Positions 45,414 to 54,562 of a DNA stretch of 64,000 nucleotides are shown here, in pieces; position 1 is the first letter of the stretch; every line of letters begins with the position of its first letter. Origin of the DNA: Armatimonadota bacterium (GTDB taxonomy: Bacteria > Armatimonadota > HRBIN16); NCBI GenBank assembly GCA_963677485.1, contig OY781964.1, positions 160,001 through 224,000 on the forward strand. The letters run 5' to 3'. Below the pieces are notes generated by a model. That model ran no database searches. It was not told where the DNA came from and saw only the letters and a program-made list of their open reading frames with translations. Both the position numbers and the translations under genes were made by a program.

Positions 45414-46274
45414 ATGTTTACCAAAGGAATCTGTTATTGGTCATTCCCCGGCGGGCTTGACGGCTCCAAACCGGTTATTGAGGCGATGGCGGAGGCGAAA
45501 GAAGCCGGATTTGAGTCGATCGAGCTCTGTCTGGCCGACACGGGCGATGTCAGCTTGAAAACTACCGAAGCGCACGCACGCAAGATCGTGAAGGAAGCCG
45601 CCAACTGCGGCATCCAGATCAGCTCGGTGGCAACCGGCCTTCTTTGGGGCAAGTCACTGACCGCCAACAGTCCAGTGGTGCGTCAGGAAGCCATTGATAT
45701 CTGCAAACAGTTGATCGATGTGGCGGCCTGGCTGGATGCCGGTGCTGTTCTGGTGATCCCCGGTGCTGTGGATGTATTTTTCGACCCCAGTGCCGAGGTG
45801 AGCGGCTTTGACACCGTGTGGTCACGCGCCACGGAGGCCATTACAGCCCTACAAGGCCACGCAGAGGCCGCCAAGGTGGCCATCGGGCTGGAGAACGTGT
45901 GGAACAAGTTCCTGACCGGTCCTGCCGAATTCTGCCAGTTCATCGACCAGTTCCACTCCGAGTATGTGGGTGCCTATTTTGATGTGGGTAACTGCATGGC
46001 ATACGGCTACCCTGAGCACTGGATACAGACCCTGGGCAAGCGTATCAAGAGGGTTCACCTGAAGGACTTCCGCCGTGGTGTGGGCACCGGCGAGGGTTTT
46101 GTGGATCTGCTGGCGGGTGATGTTAACTGGCCGGCGGTGCTCAAGGCGTTTGAGGGAGCTGGATATGATGGATATCTGACCGCGGAGATGATGCCAGGAT
46201 ACGGCTACACGCGTTACCCGCAGGTGCTGATTGACAACACCTCCCGCGCCATGGACGCAATCCTGGGGCGATAG
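45414..46274 (+). CDS. Sugar phosphate isomerase/epimerase (xylose isomerase-like TIM barrel)
   Basis: GLENVWNKFL, YFDVGN, VHLKD, GDVNW, TAEM. Confidence 0.88.
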   Translation: MFTKGICYWSFPGGLDGSKPVIEAMAEAKEAGFESIELCLADTGDVSLKTTEAHARKIVKEAANCGIQISSVATGLLWGKSLTANSPVVRQEAIDICKQLIDVAAWLDAGAVLVIPGAVDVFFDPSAEVSGFDTVWSRATEAITALQGHAEAAKVAIGLENVWNKFLTGPAEFCQFIDQFHSEYVGAYFDVGNCMAYGYPEHWIQTLGKRIKRVHLKDFRRGVGTGEGFVDLLAGDVNWPAVLKAFEGAGYDGYLTAEMMPGYGYTRYPQVLIDNTSRAMDAILGR

Positions 46275-46337
46275 AACTGGGGAATGGCGAGCTCCCGATA
46301 GGTGTTCTCGCCTTCCATCCTCGGTTCTATGAGATTT

Positions 46338-46420
46338 GGGGCAGCCACAGGGGGCTGCCCCTACGGCTCGCTTGTTGCAGCCGTCCGCCAGGCAGGGGCA
46401 CCGCACGCGATGCCCCTACG
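46338..46420. repeat. Two REP-like hairpins ending in CCCCTAC
   Basis: gggcagccacagggggctgcccctac and ggggcaccgcacgcgatgcccctac. Confidence 0.65.
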
Positions 46421-46477
46421 TTCACCCTCAGCGTCTTCGCGTGACGCACCTTTCCCTCGCGCCTTTGCACCCCTGCG

Positions 46478-48358
46478 TCATTGCGTTGAAGTGGATCCCA
46501 CACCGGTACGGATGGTGTTGGATTCCACGGTGGCATCGGTCAGCGTATCGGTATTGATCGACTGGCTGGAGCCGCTGATCATATTGCCCGTCACTAGCAG
46601 CCCGCGCGAATTTTTCAGCGACAATCCCGTTGGGCACATCGCAAGGTTGTTGTTCGAAAACACGATATCCTCGCAGTCGTCTATGCCAACCCCCAGTTTA
46701 TACCGACGGAGTATGTTGCCTGTCAGAGACGCCGTTTTGCACTTCAACAGGTTGATGCCCTGAACGCCCATTTCGGCCATTCCGGTGAACTGATTGGCAC
46801 TCATTGTGATGTCTTCGCATCGGTTCATGAGCACGGAAGAGCTGTTGGTCGGCGCGAAGCGGTTGCCGCTCACGTTGATGCGCCGCACACGGTTCAGCGT
46901 CACGCCCATCGCTTGATTCTTCTCGATCAGCTTGATGTAGGTTGTCAGGTTGCCGGTGATGTTCACACCCTCCACAAACGAGCTATCCGCATCCCCGCCA
47001 ATGACTATCGGGTATGCGAAGTCCTGTATGGTGTTATTGAGTATGGAGATATCCCGCACCGCCACATCGGTGTCGAAGAACGGCTCAGTTGCTCGGATGT
47101 AAATAGCCCGCTTGCCCCCACCCGACTCTATGCTATTCCCCTGGATAGTCAGATCTCTGACATTACCCTCTACATAGAAGAAAGCCCCATCAGCCGGTGT
47201 TTTGCCAAGGCAGGTGTTGTTGGTGAACAGAATGCGGCGGCTGTGTAGCTGCGTGCCAAAACCAGGGTCGATGCCGCCCGGCTTCGGGGGCAGGTTCAGA
47301 TAAATTCCCGACCACTTCGCATCGCCCGACGGGCAAGACTGCCACAAACTGTTGATATAGCAGTGGTCGACGATCATGTTGTAAACAGGCGTCGTGGTGG
47401 GTTGTTTCGATCCACCCTCATCCACCATCTGTTTTGTGCCGTCCATGGAGATAAACTGCGAGCCGATGTAGGTGCAGTGGATCAGCTCCACCTGCTCCAT
47501 GAAGTTCCCCTCGCTCTTGAAGAAAACATTCCAAACCTTCGGCTTCGGCTCCTCAGAGTTCGGCGCGGCGGCATAGGTGTTCACATCGATGAACTTGGCC
47601 GGTCCGCCACAGGCCCTTCCCTGGTTGATATAGATAGCGTTATGCACGTGCAGGATGAACATCGTGTGGACATAGATATTCAGCCACGGCCCACGGATTT
47701 CAATTCCGATCTTGAAGGGTCGGTAATACCCATCCACGATGATGTTATTGCCCGTAGCATTGATGTTCACATTCTTGATCTGCGGGTCGGTATACCAGGG
47801 TGAAGCCGCATCCAGCACGATCGCCGACTGGTGCGGGTGCTCCTCCCAGTCCGGGTTGAGCTTGGTTTGCCTGTCGACGGACATGACTGACAGGTTCTCG
47901 ATGGTACCGTTACTGTGCCCCACCATGATGGTGGCCGGTACCGTCAAACTTTTTTGAATGATGCGGGTCGCGTTGATGCCGTCGCCGGTGATGGATTGGT
48001 TTTTCGCTGTGGTCTGGATGCTGGCCTCCCATCCGGGAGCAGCGCCATTGAAGTAATATGAGCCGGCTGGAAAGTGTATGCGACAGTATTCACCGATCTC
48101 TTTCGTGCTCATGATGACCTTCATGCGCGCCGAATTCAAGGCAGCAATCTTCGCATCATAGCTATTCGTGCTGATGATGGGCTGCTTCACGAAATGGCCG
48201 TCTGCCCGGCTCACATCAATGAACGAAGATGAATTCATACTGGGAGATGGGGTTTGTGTAGGGTCCTTCGGCTCCGCGGCGGCCAAGGTCAGAGCGGGTG
48301 TGAATGCGAGTAAGTTAACGAACAACATCGCCAACATTATCAGTGTGTAACCTCTCAT
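46478..48358 (-). CDS. Secreted right-handed parallel beta-helix protein (pectate lyase-like fold)
   Basis: Signal peptide; IHFPAGSY, ITGDG; repeated I.I.GN/NN coils. Confidence 0.75.
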   Translation of the reverse strand: MRGYTLIMLAMLFVNLLAFTPALTLAAAEPKDPTQTPSPSMNSSSFIDVSRADGHFVKQPIISTNSYDAKIAALNSARMKVIMSTKEIGEYCRIHFPAGSYYFNGAAPGWEASIQTTAKNQSITGDGINATRIIQKSLTVPATIMVGHSNGTIENLSVMSVDRQTKLNPDWEEHPHQSAIVLDAASPWYTDPQIKNVNINATGNNIIVDGYYRPFKIGIEIRGPWLNIYVHTMFILHVHNAIYINQGRACGGPAKFIDVNTYAAAPNSEEPKPKVWNVFFKSEGNFMEQVELIHCTYIGSQFISMDGTKQMVDEGGSKQPTTTPVYNMIVDHCYINSLWQSCPSGDAKWSGIYLNLPPKPGGIDPGFGTQLHSRRILFTNNTCLGKTPADGAFFYVEGNVRDLTIQGNSIESGGGKRAIYIRATEPFFDTDVAVRDISILNNTIQDFAYPIVIGGDADSSFVEGVNITGNLTTYIKLIEKNQAMGVTLNRVRRINVSGNRFAPTNSSSVLMNRCEDITMSANQFTGMAEMGVQGINLLKCKTASLTGNILRRYKLGVGIDDCEDIVFSNNNLAMCPTGLSLKNSRGLLVTGNMISGSSQSINTDTLTDATVESNTIRTGVGSTSTQ

Positions 48359-48389
48359 ACTATTTCTGTAAGTCTCCTTGAAAGTAACA

Positions 48390-48480
48390 GGTCGTAGGGG
48401 CGTCCCTTGTGGGCGCCCTAATCAATTATACTATCGTAAGAGCAACGATTCGGGCGCCCACAAGGGACGCCCCTACGACC
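48390..48480. repeat. REPIN (inverted pair of GTAG-type REPs)
   Basis: ggtcgtaggggcgtcccttgtgggcgccc ... gggcgcccacaagggacgcccctacgacc, perfect arms. Confidence 0.9.
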
Positions 48481-48563
48481 GCATCAGTTACAGCCTAGGC
48501 TGCCATGAGCTCATGAGTGGATGCTGTCTATTTTGAAGCAAGCTCAACCAAAGCCGCAAGCTG

Positions 48564-49589
48564 TCATTCCGTTTTGGCGCAACGAAAGCCGCGGTATATG
48601 CTACGAAACGTCGGGTCGTCGGTGTAGCGAGAGGCGCATTGAAAGTAGTTAATGAAGTTTCTGTAGAAACACGAGCCCCCGCGGTATACACGAGTGGTGC
48701 CGGTCCCTGGACCTCTTGGGTTTGCAGGCGGAGCCTTTGCGTAGTAGTCCTTTTGGTACCTGTCCGCGCACCATTCCCATACGTTGGCTGTCATATCAAG
48801 GCAGCCATATGGGCTCGCACCGGAAGGGATACTGCCCACCGGTGCAGTAGTATCACGCTCGCTGCCATCGGAAGAGAGACACTTGCCACGATCGAACTTG
48901 TACCCCCACGGGTAGGTGCGTCCATCGGTGCCGCGAGCCGCCTTTTCCCACTGCGCTTCAGTCGGTAGTGCTACACCCGCCCAGTCGCAGTAACTTCTAG
49001 CATCTTCCCAGGATACATTCACTATCGGGTGGTCTGCTTTCCATCCCAATTCCGGCGCATCAGGCATTTGCATCCCAACAGTTTCGCAGTACCGCCGGTA
49101 TTGAGCCACAGTGACCTCAGTTTTGTATATCCAGTATGCGTCCAAGCTCACATTCCAAGCTTTGCCTGGTTCACATGGGCCCATGATAAACTTGCCCGCA
49201 GGCACATACACCATCTCGGCACCGTCTACAGGGTTCTTCCACTTATCGCCCAGTTTCGCCTTGGCCGGTGGATTTACAGTCACGACCACCAATACTGCCG
49301 CCGCAGGCAGATACCAGAATGTCTTCTTGTCTTTGTTGTACACTGCGATTTGGCCTTTCGGGTTGACGTCCTTTACCTCACATCTGCGGCCTATGAGAGG
49401 CCTCATGCCCTCCGTCCAATCTGTACCGCAAATTGCCTTAGCATCACCCCGAACGAAGACAGTATCGCCAGCTTTCACGGCCTTATCCCCAGCCATGAAC
49501 TGAGGCCCGACTTGGGCCTGCGTTACGCAAACCGCACTCAATAGAAACATCAGCCCGAAGCTCAAAAGAACCCATTTGTATCGGCGCAT
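48564..49589 (-). CDS. Secreted FGE-sulfatase (SUMF1/CLec-fold) domain protein with an N-terminal SH3-like module
   Basis: AGGAG RBS; signal peptide; EVTVAQY, PIVNVSW, LPTEAQWEKAARG, NVWEWC, RGGS, GFRC. Confidence 0.88.
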   Translation of the reverse strand: MRRYKWVLLSFGLMFLLSAVCVTQAQVGPQFMAGDKAVKAGDTVFVRGDAKAICGTDWTEGMRPLIGRRCEVKDVNPKGQIAVYNKDKKTFWYLPAAAVLVVVTVNPPAKAKLGDKWKNPVDGAEMVYVPAGKFIMGPCEPGKAWNVSLDAYWIYKTEVTVAQYRRYCETVGMQMPDAPELGWKADHPIVNVSWEDARSYCDWAGVALPTEAQWEKAARGTDGRTYPWGYKFDRGKCLSSDGSERDTTAPVGSIPSGASPYGCLDMTANVWEWCADRYQKDYYAKAPPANPRGPGTGTTRVYRGGSCFYRNFINYFQCASRYTDDPTFRSIYRGFRCAKTE

Positions 49590-49745
49590 TTGACTCTCCT
49601 TGGCAGTCACTGTATCGTATTCATGCGATCGCTTTACATGCACTCTTCCTCGGTAAATGACGAGCTCTTGTTACTGCGCCGTCACCCGGGGTGATTCGCG
49701 AATCGCCCACTACCCGCGGTTCTCGTGGCTGGGCAGTGACCCGAT

Positions 49746-50396
49746 TTATATATCGCCATCCGTCATTCGAACACCTAGCTCGAATGCCTTTTCGCAATCC
49801 TGCGGGAATACTGTCTGGCGGCGTTCCAGCCTCTCCGCCGGATCGAAATAGTCAAAGACAACCTTACTGTAGTCCGCAAACTGCAGTGTTTCAAAGGCGC
49901 AAAGCGTCTCTGACTGCCCAAATAGGAAGGTCATCACTTTGTCATTCATTCCTATATGAACATCATATTGCGACTCTTTCATCGCACTCTCTGGAATGTT
50001 CATCGTATAGATACATGCCGTTTTGATCTTCCGGCCGAACAGTGATCCATTTGCCCGCGAATAGACCAGGTAAGGGAACCACAGCCGTTCCATAAAAGAA
50101 CGCATCTCACCCGTCACCGTGCCAAAATAGATGGGTGAACCTAGTATGATGGCGTCCGCTGTAGCTATACTTTCAAGCAATGGCGTCAATTCGTCACGCA
50201 TAGAACACTTACCGTAACTCTTTCCGTCTTTTAACTTACACGAGAAGCAACTGGTGCATCCTTTGAAACTCAGGTCGTAGAGATGCACGAGTTCGGTCTC
50301 CGCACCGGTTGATGCCGCGCCTTCCAGCGCCTTTTCCAGCATCATCGCGGTATTCCATTTCTTTCTCGGGCTGCCGTTGATCGCGATCACTTTCAT
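49746..50396 (-). CDS. Flavodoxin-like / iron-sulfur flavoprotein (NADPH-dependent FMN reductase family)
   Basis: MKVIAINGSPRKKWNT, CTSCFSC..C, GSPIYFG; GGAGG RBS. Confidence 0.88.
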   Translation of the reverse strand: MKVIAINGSPRKKWNTAMMLEKALEGAASTGAETELVHLYDLSFKGCTSCFSCKLKDGKSYGKCSMRDELTPLLESIATADAIILGSPIYFGTVTGEMRSFMERLWFPYLVYSRANGSLFGRKIKTACIYTMNIPESAMKESQYDVHIGMNDKVMTFLFGQSETLCAFETLQFADYSKVVFDYFDPAERLERRQTVFPQDCEKAFELGVRMTDGDI

Positions 50397-50581
50397 TTGA
50401 TCTCCCTCCATTTCGCAAGGATGATATCTGCCCACTCCACCCATAATATGAAAGGAAGAGTCGGGCTTCGGATGAACACACTTATACTCTACAAGAACAC
50501 TCTCGATAAGGCATTCACGTATCATGATATGTACTGGTCATGCCTGTGATTAGCCGGTGAAATATCTCACCCGCATCTTGG

Positions 50582-53500
50582 TTATTCGGCCAGGAATATG
50601 ACAGTTGAGCGCGCGTTCATGTTGTAGCAGATGGTGCCGTTGCGCAGCGCAACCTTTCGGCCAGACACCAGCTCGGTCACCCATCCAGATTGTTTTATGA
50701 AGTGGAACTGCCTTGCCCCGCCGTCCAAAGTATGCACGACCAACAGCTTGCCGCTGCTGTAGGTGATATCACCATCGGTTGGGTTGGCTATCACCACACC
50801 GGCCGACTCGGCGATCCCTCTAAGCAGTGCCGCTGGCAGCACCGGAGCCGTTGAGAAGACGGATGTCCAGCTCGGATACCTCTTGACCGCGAGCCCTGTG
50901 CGTTCAGGCATCACATCCAGTGAGCCCAGGGGCACTCCATCGGTGGGCGTGAATACGGGCCCATAACTCTCGCCGGAGCCGTAGGAGATGCTGTAAGGCA
51001 GGTATTTGTAGACTGCATCGCCTGAAGGATTCAACTTCACCCGAAGCGGTAACTCCTTGTCCAGCATATCCATGTTCATGCCTGTGATTTCAGACACCCG
51101 CGAGGCCGTGAGCATATCACCGTCGGTGATGCCAGGCGCATACACGAAAATGAGCGTCTTGCCTGCCCTCTTCAATCTTTGCTCAATCACCACCTGCTGC
51201 TCACGGGTAATTCGGAAGGTGTTGAGGAACAGGTAGCATTTGTGCTCCGGTAACTTGGCGATGTCATCCAGCAGATACATGTCAAAGCCGATGCCGGTGC
51301 GGCTGAGTTCGCGATACTGGTTTACCACCACATCCTGGTGGATGTTGCTGGCCATGCTTGTATAATAGGTCGACTTTTCATTTACGATCACCGCCAGGGA
51401 GTTGCTCTTATCTTCCGCCGTGCGGTTAGTCTTGGCCACCAGCTCATCGATCTGACGCAGCTTACCGGCTAGCTGCATCAGCCGCTTGTCGCCAGATGTC
51501 CAGCCGACACTGAAATCATAGATCTGCTCTGATGCGGCGTTCACCAGTGCGTTGGCATAGTTGCGTATCATGCCAGCTTTCGAGTCGGCCAGGCTGTTGA
51601 AATGCCCTACCCATGTGGAGTTGTGGCTACGCAGATCGGCCTGATCCACCCACACCTTGCCGTTCAGCTTCACTGAGCCGACCGGGCCCATCAATCCAGA
51701 GCCTCCCCCAATCTGGCGGTCGCTGTAGTCGGAGGGTGACATCAAAAAGTCGATATCAGGCGATTGCAGCACTTTATGCACCGCCGAATGGCCGATAAGC
51801 TGATATCGATACGGCCCCAGCACATGGGTGACATAGCCGTAGAACACCCCCACAAACTTGCTGCCTGAAGTCGCACTCTTCACAACCTTGGCGATATGGG
51901 TGATGTCATCAGCCAGTTGTTCCGCGTAATACTGGCGGTAGTCAACCTCATGGCGACTCTTTTGCGGGTCGAGGAAGGTCATCACATCAGTCTTGAGCCG
52001 TTCCTCTTTAGTTGGTATCTGGATGGCATCGAAGCTCATCAGTGCCGTATTCCAAGCTCGGTTCAGAGCGTTGACGTTCTGGTATTTGGTGCGAAGCCAG
52101 TCGATAAAAGCCTGCCTGGCCGATTCAGAATAGTCCACAAAGACCGCAGGTATGGCCACGGATGCCCACTGCTGCCATTCATATGTCACACCATTTGATG
52201 GTATGTAGCCGATCACCCTGTCGGCATACTGGCTGGATTCTACATGGGTGATCAGCTGGTTGACCAGCGAATCGGCCATCGCCAGCCAGCTCCTGGATGC
52301 CATCGACGGTGCATGGCTGGGAGCTCCGCTATAAGACGGTAAATTCACAGAACCAGTGGAGTCGCGCACCATCTGGTCAGGATGGCTCTCCAACCATGCG
52401 TTCAGCCCGGGGTTGCAGATGTTGTCCAGCGGCACAATCGGCACGATGTAGGCATCTGGGTCCTGGGTGAGAACTGAGGCGATCGCCTCATCCATCCTGG
52501 CAAAGCTGAATTTACCCGACGGCTGCCACTGCGTGCTCAGGATGTTCAGCCAGTAGACATGGATACCCGCGGCGCTCACATTCGCAATCTGCCCCGCGGC
52601 GTTGGTGTCATCGATCCAATAGTTCATCGCGGTGCGCGGTTTCCCACCAATGACAAACCGCGGGCTGCCGTTGATCATCATCAATGCACTGGGCAGGCTC
52701 TTTACGGTGGTGGTTCCAGGTTTCACAGTCAGGGGCAGCACCGCATATCCGTCTTTCACTTTGGCATCCCTGAAACCCGAGACAATCGGTATGGAATTGG
52801 TCAGGCTGATCCGCAGACTGTATTTTCCCGGGATCACCATCCTCGGTAATATGGTGCTGCCGATGGCCATGTATTTGGACAATCCGCTGACGTTAGCTCT
52901 CAACACAGCGGTTGTTGAGACGGCTCCGTCCCGCACCAAATCCACATACAACACAGAGCCCGGCGCAAACTTGCGCTCGGTCGAAACAGTAAACCGACAC
53001 TTCAGCTCCGCTCCTGGTTGAATGGACGCTGGGCAAGAGACATTACCCACAGTATATGAAACACTCTGACCAAGATAGACATAGGGAACCTGATCAGTCC
53101 AGGTGCCGGTCGGCGGTTTCGCTATCGAGATGGCGTCCTGCCAGTTTTCGGTTCCGCTCCGGCGGGCTTTCCAACTCGAATCTGTTTTCAGGAACAACAC
53201 TCTGCCGTTCCGCAGATGGATTCCCGCCTCCAGCATCATGCCAGCCGGCCCGTTGTGGTTGATAGCACTGACAGTCAGCGTGTTCCCGCCGGTCTTGAGA
53301 TACGGCTTGATATCATAGATATCGGCCTGTCGCAAGATGTTGTAATAGCGAGCAGGAGGCAGCTTTCGTCCATTGACGGCGATCGTGCATTCCTTATCGG
53401 CAGTCACGATCACCCTGGCGGTGACCACCTGACGGGCATCAGCCAGATCGAATCTCTTTTCAAACAAGACAGGAGTGGTGTCTTCTTCTTTGCTGTTAGG

Positions 53501-54544
53501 AATCCATATCCATTCACCGCTCCACGAGAAGGCCTTGCCAGCCAAAAGACTTACGATGCGTGTGTTGTTTGTGGGGTCCAACACAAGCCGGATATCATCC
53601 AGACCAATGGAGCCTTTGCCAGAGGGCGAGACGAATGATATCTCCAGCAAGCCGGTGGCTGCCAACTCAGGAACGATGAGCTGCTTACTCAGTGATGACC
53701 ATTGGCCGGCTTGAGCTAAAGCTAGCTGCCATTCCGACCGCTGCTTGATAGGGTTACCGAGAATGTCTTGGTAGATGATGCGGCAAACGGCTTTGTCTCC
53801 TTTGGCCAAGCTGATCAGCTTGTATCTCAGAGTCAACAAATAGTTGCCCGTAGTATCAAACGCAAGCGGCTGTTTGAGCGTCACCGGATTGCCAGAAAGA
53901 CACTTTATAACCGCCGATTCGTTCTGTATGGTGATGCAGCCAGCGTTGAGGGCCGGTGACACCTCCCAGCCGTCCGGCTTGTCTGGAGAATAACTCGCGA
54001 AGTCGCTGTTCCGAACCAGGTTCAACTTATCAATAGATGATGTGCCGTTCGACCGTTTGAAGGCTATTTTCGAGATATCAACATCGGTGTTCGCGACATA
54101 GATTGGATCTACACGAAGCTCATCAATGATGCCTTTCCACTCTGCGTTGGTCGAAAAGTCGATGTCATAAGTGTGATACCGGCCATCACCGATCACTTGA
54201 ATCCCTACCGATTTGCTGTCAGACAAGCCCTCACCCGCATGCTTGAAATACACACTTCCTGAGCCCGAACAGTTGGCCTTCATGGTCACCGCCAGCACAC
54301 TATATGACTGCGTATTGATGATCAAAGCTGGCGAATGCAGAAATGGGAACTTGCTGGTAGTGGCTTTGATAGCACCGCCAGCGACCTCTATCTTCATAAA
54401 ACCATCGGCAGTCCAGCCGTGCATATCAGCATCGGTGTCGAACGTCCATGAAGTCGGAGGCGCTGGGACAGCATCTGCACAATAGGCTGTTGCCACCAGC
54501 AACCCTAGAATGAATATCGAAAATAGTGTCTTGAGAGCGTTCAT
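50582..54544 (-). CDS. Large secreted multidomain glycoside hydrolase (GH42-like beta-galactosidase type catalytic domain plus CBM-like modules)
   Basis: Signal peptide; beta-sandwich modules (LRVDP, WIW, W..D.SWK); PS.AS..W, G.T.EW, GVFYGY, IDFLMSP motifs. Confidence 0.65.
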   Translation of the reverse strand: MNALKTLFSIFILGLLVATAYCADAVPAPPTSWTFDTDADMHGWTADGFMKIEVAGGAIKATTSKFPFLHSPALIINTQSYSVLAVTMKANCSGSGSVYFKHAGEGLSDSKSVGIQVIGDGRYHTYDIDFSTNAEWKGIIDELRVDPIYVANTDVDISKIAFKRSNGTSSIDKLNLVRNSDFASYSPDKPDGWEVSPALNAGCITIQNESAVIKCLSGNPVTLKQPLAFDTTGNYLLTLRYKLISLAKGDKAVCRIIYQDILGNPIKQRSEWQLALAQAGQWSSLSKQLIVPELAATGLLEISFVSPSGKGSIGLDDIRLVLDPTNNTRIVSLLAGKAFSWSGEWIWIPNSKEEDTTPVLFEKRFDLADARQVVTARVIVTADKECTIAVNGRKLPPARYYNILRQADIYDIKPYLKTGGNTLTVSAINHNGPAGMMLEAGIHLRNGRVLFLKTDSSWKARRSGTENWQDAISIAKPPTGTWTDQVPYVYLGQSVSYTVGNVSCPASIQPGAELKCRFTVSTERKFAPGSVLYVDLVRDGAVSTTAVLRANVSGLSKYMAIGSTILPRMVIPGKYSLRISLTNSIPIVSGFRDAKVKDGYAVLPLTVKPGTTTVKSLPSALMMINGSPRFVIGGKPRTAMNYWIDDTNAAGQIANVSAAGIHVYWLNILSTQWQPSGKFSFARMDEAIASVLTQDPDAYIVPIVPLDNICNPGLNAWLESHPDQMVRDSTGSVNLPSYSGAPSHAPSMASRSWLAMADSLVNQLITHVESSQYADRVIGYIPSNGVTYEWQQWASVAIPAVFVDYSESARQAFIDWLRTKYQNVNALNRAWNTALMSFDAIQIPTKEERLKTDVMTFLDPQKSRHEVDYRQYYAEQLADDITHIAKVVKSATSGSKFVGVFYGYVTHVLGPYRYQLIGHSAVHKVLQSPDIDFLMSPSDYSDRQIGGGSGLMGPVGSVKLNGKVWVDQADLRSHNSTWVGHFNSLADSKAGMIRNYANALVNAASEQIYDFSVGWTSGDKRLMQLAGKLRQIDELVAKTNRTAEDKSNSLAVIVNEKSTYYTSMASNIHQDVVVNQYRELSRTGIGFDMYLLDDIAKLPEHKCYLFLNTFRITREQQVVIEQRLKRAGKTLIFVYAPGITDGDMLTASRVSEITGMNMDMLDKELPLRVKLNPSGDAVYKYLPYSISYGSGESYGPVFTPTDGVPLGSLDVMPERTGLAVKRYPSWTSVFSTAPVLPAALLRGIAESAGVVIANPTDGDITYSSGKLLVVHTLDGGARQFHFIKQSGWVTELVSGRKVALRNGTICYNMNARSTVIFLAE

Positions 54545-54562
54545 TGCTGCATGTCTCCTAAG

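Noticed and set aside
48488-49750. Complete diversity-generating retroelement
   Set aside because: No reverse transcriptase, Avd or template repeat in the window; kept only as a possible remote target.
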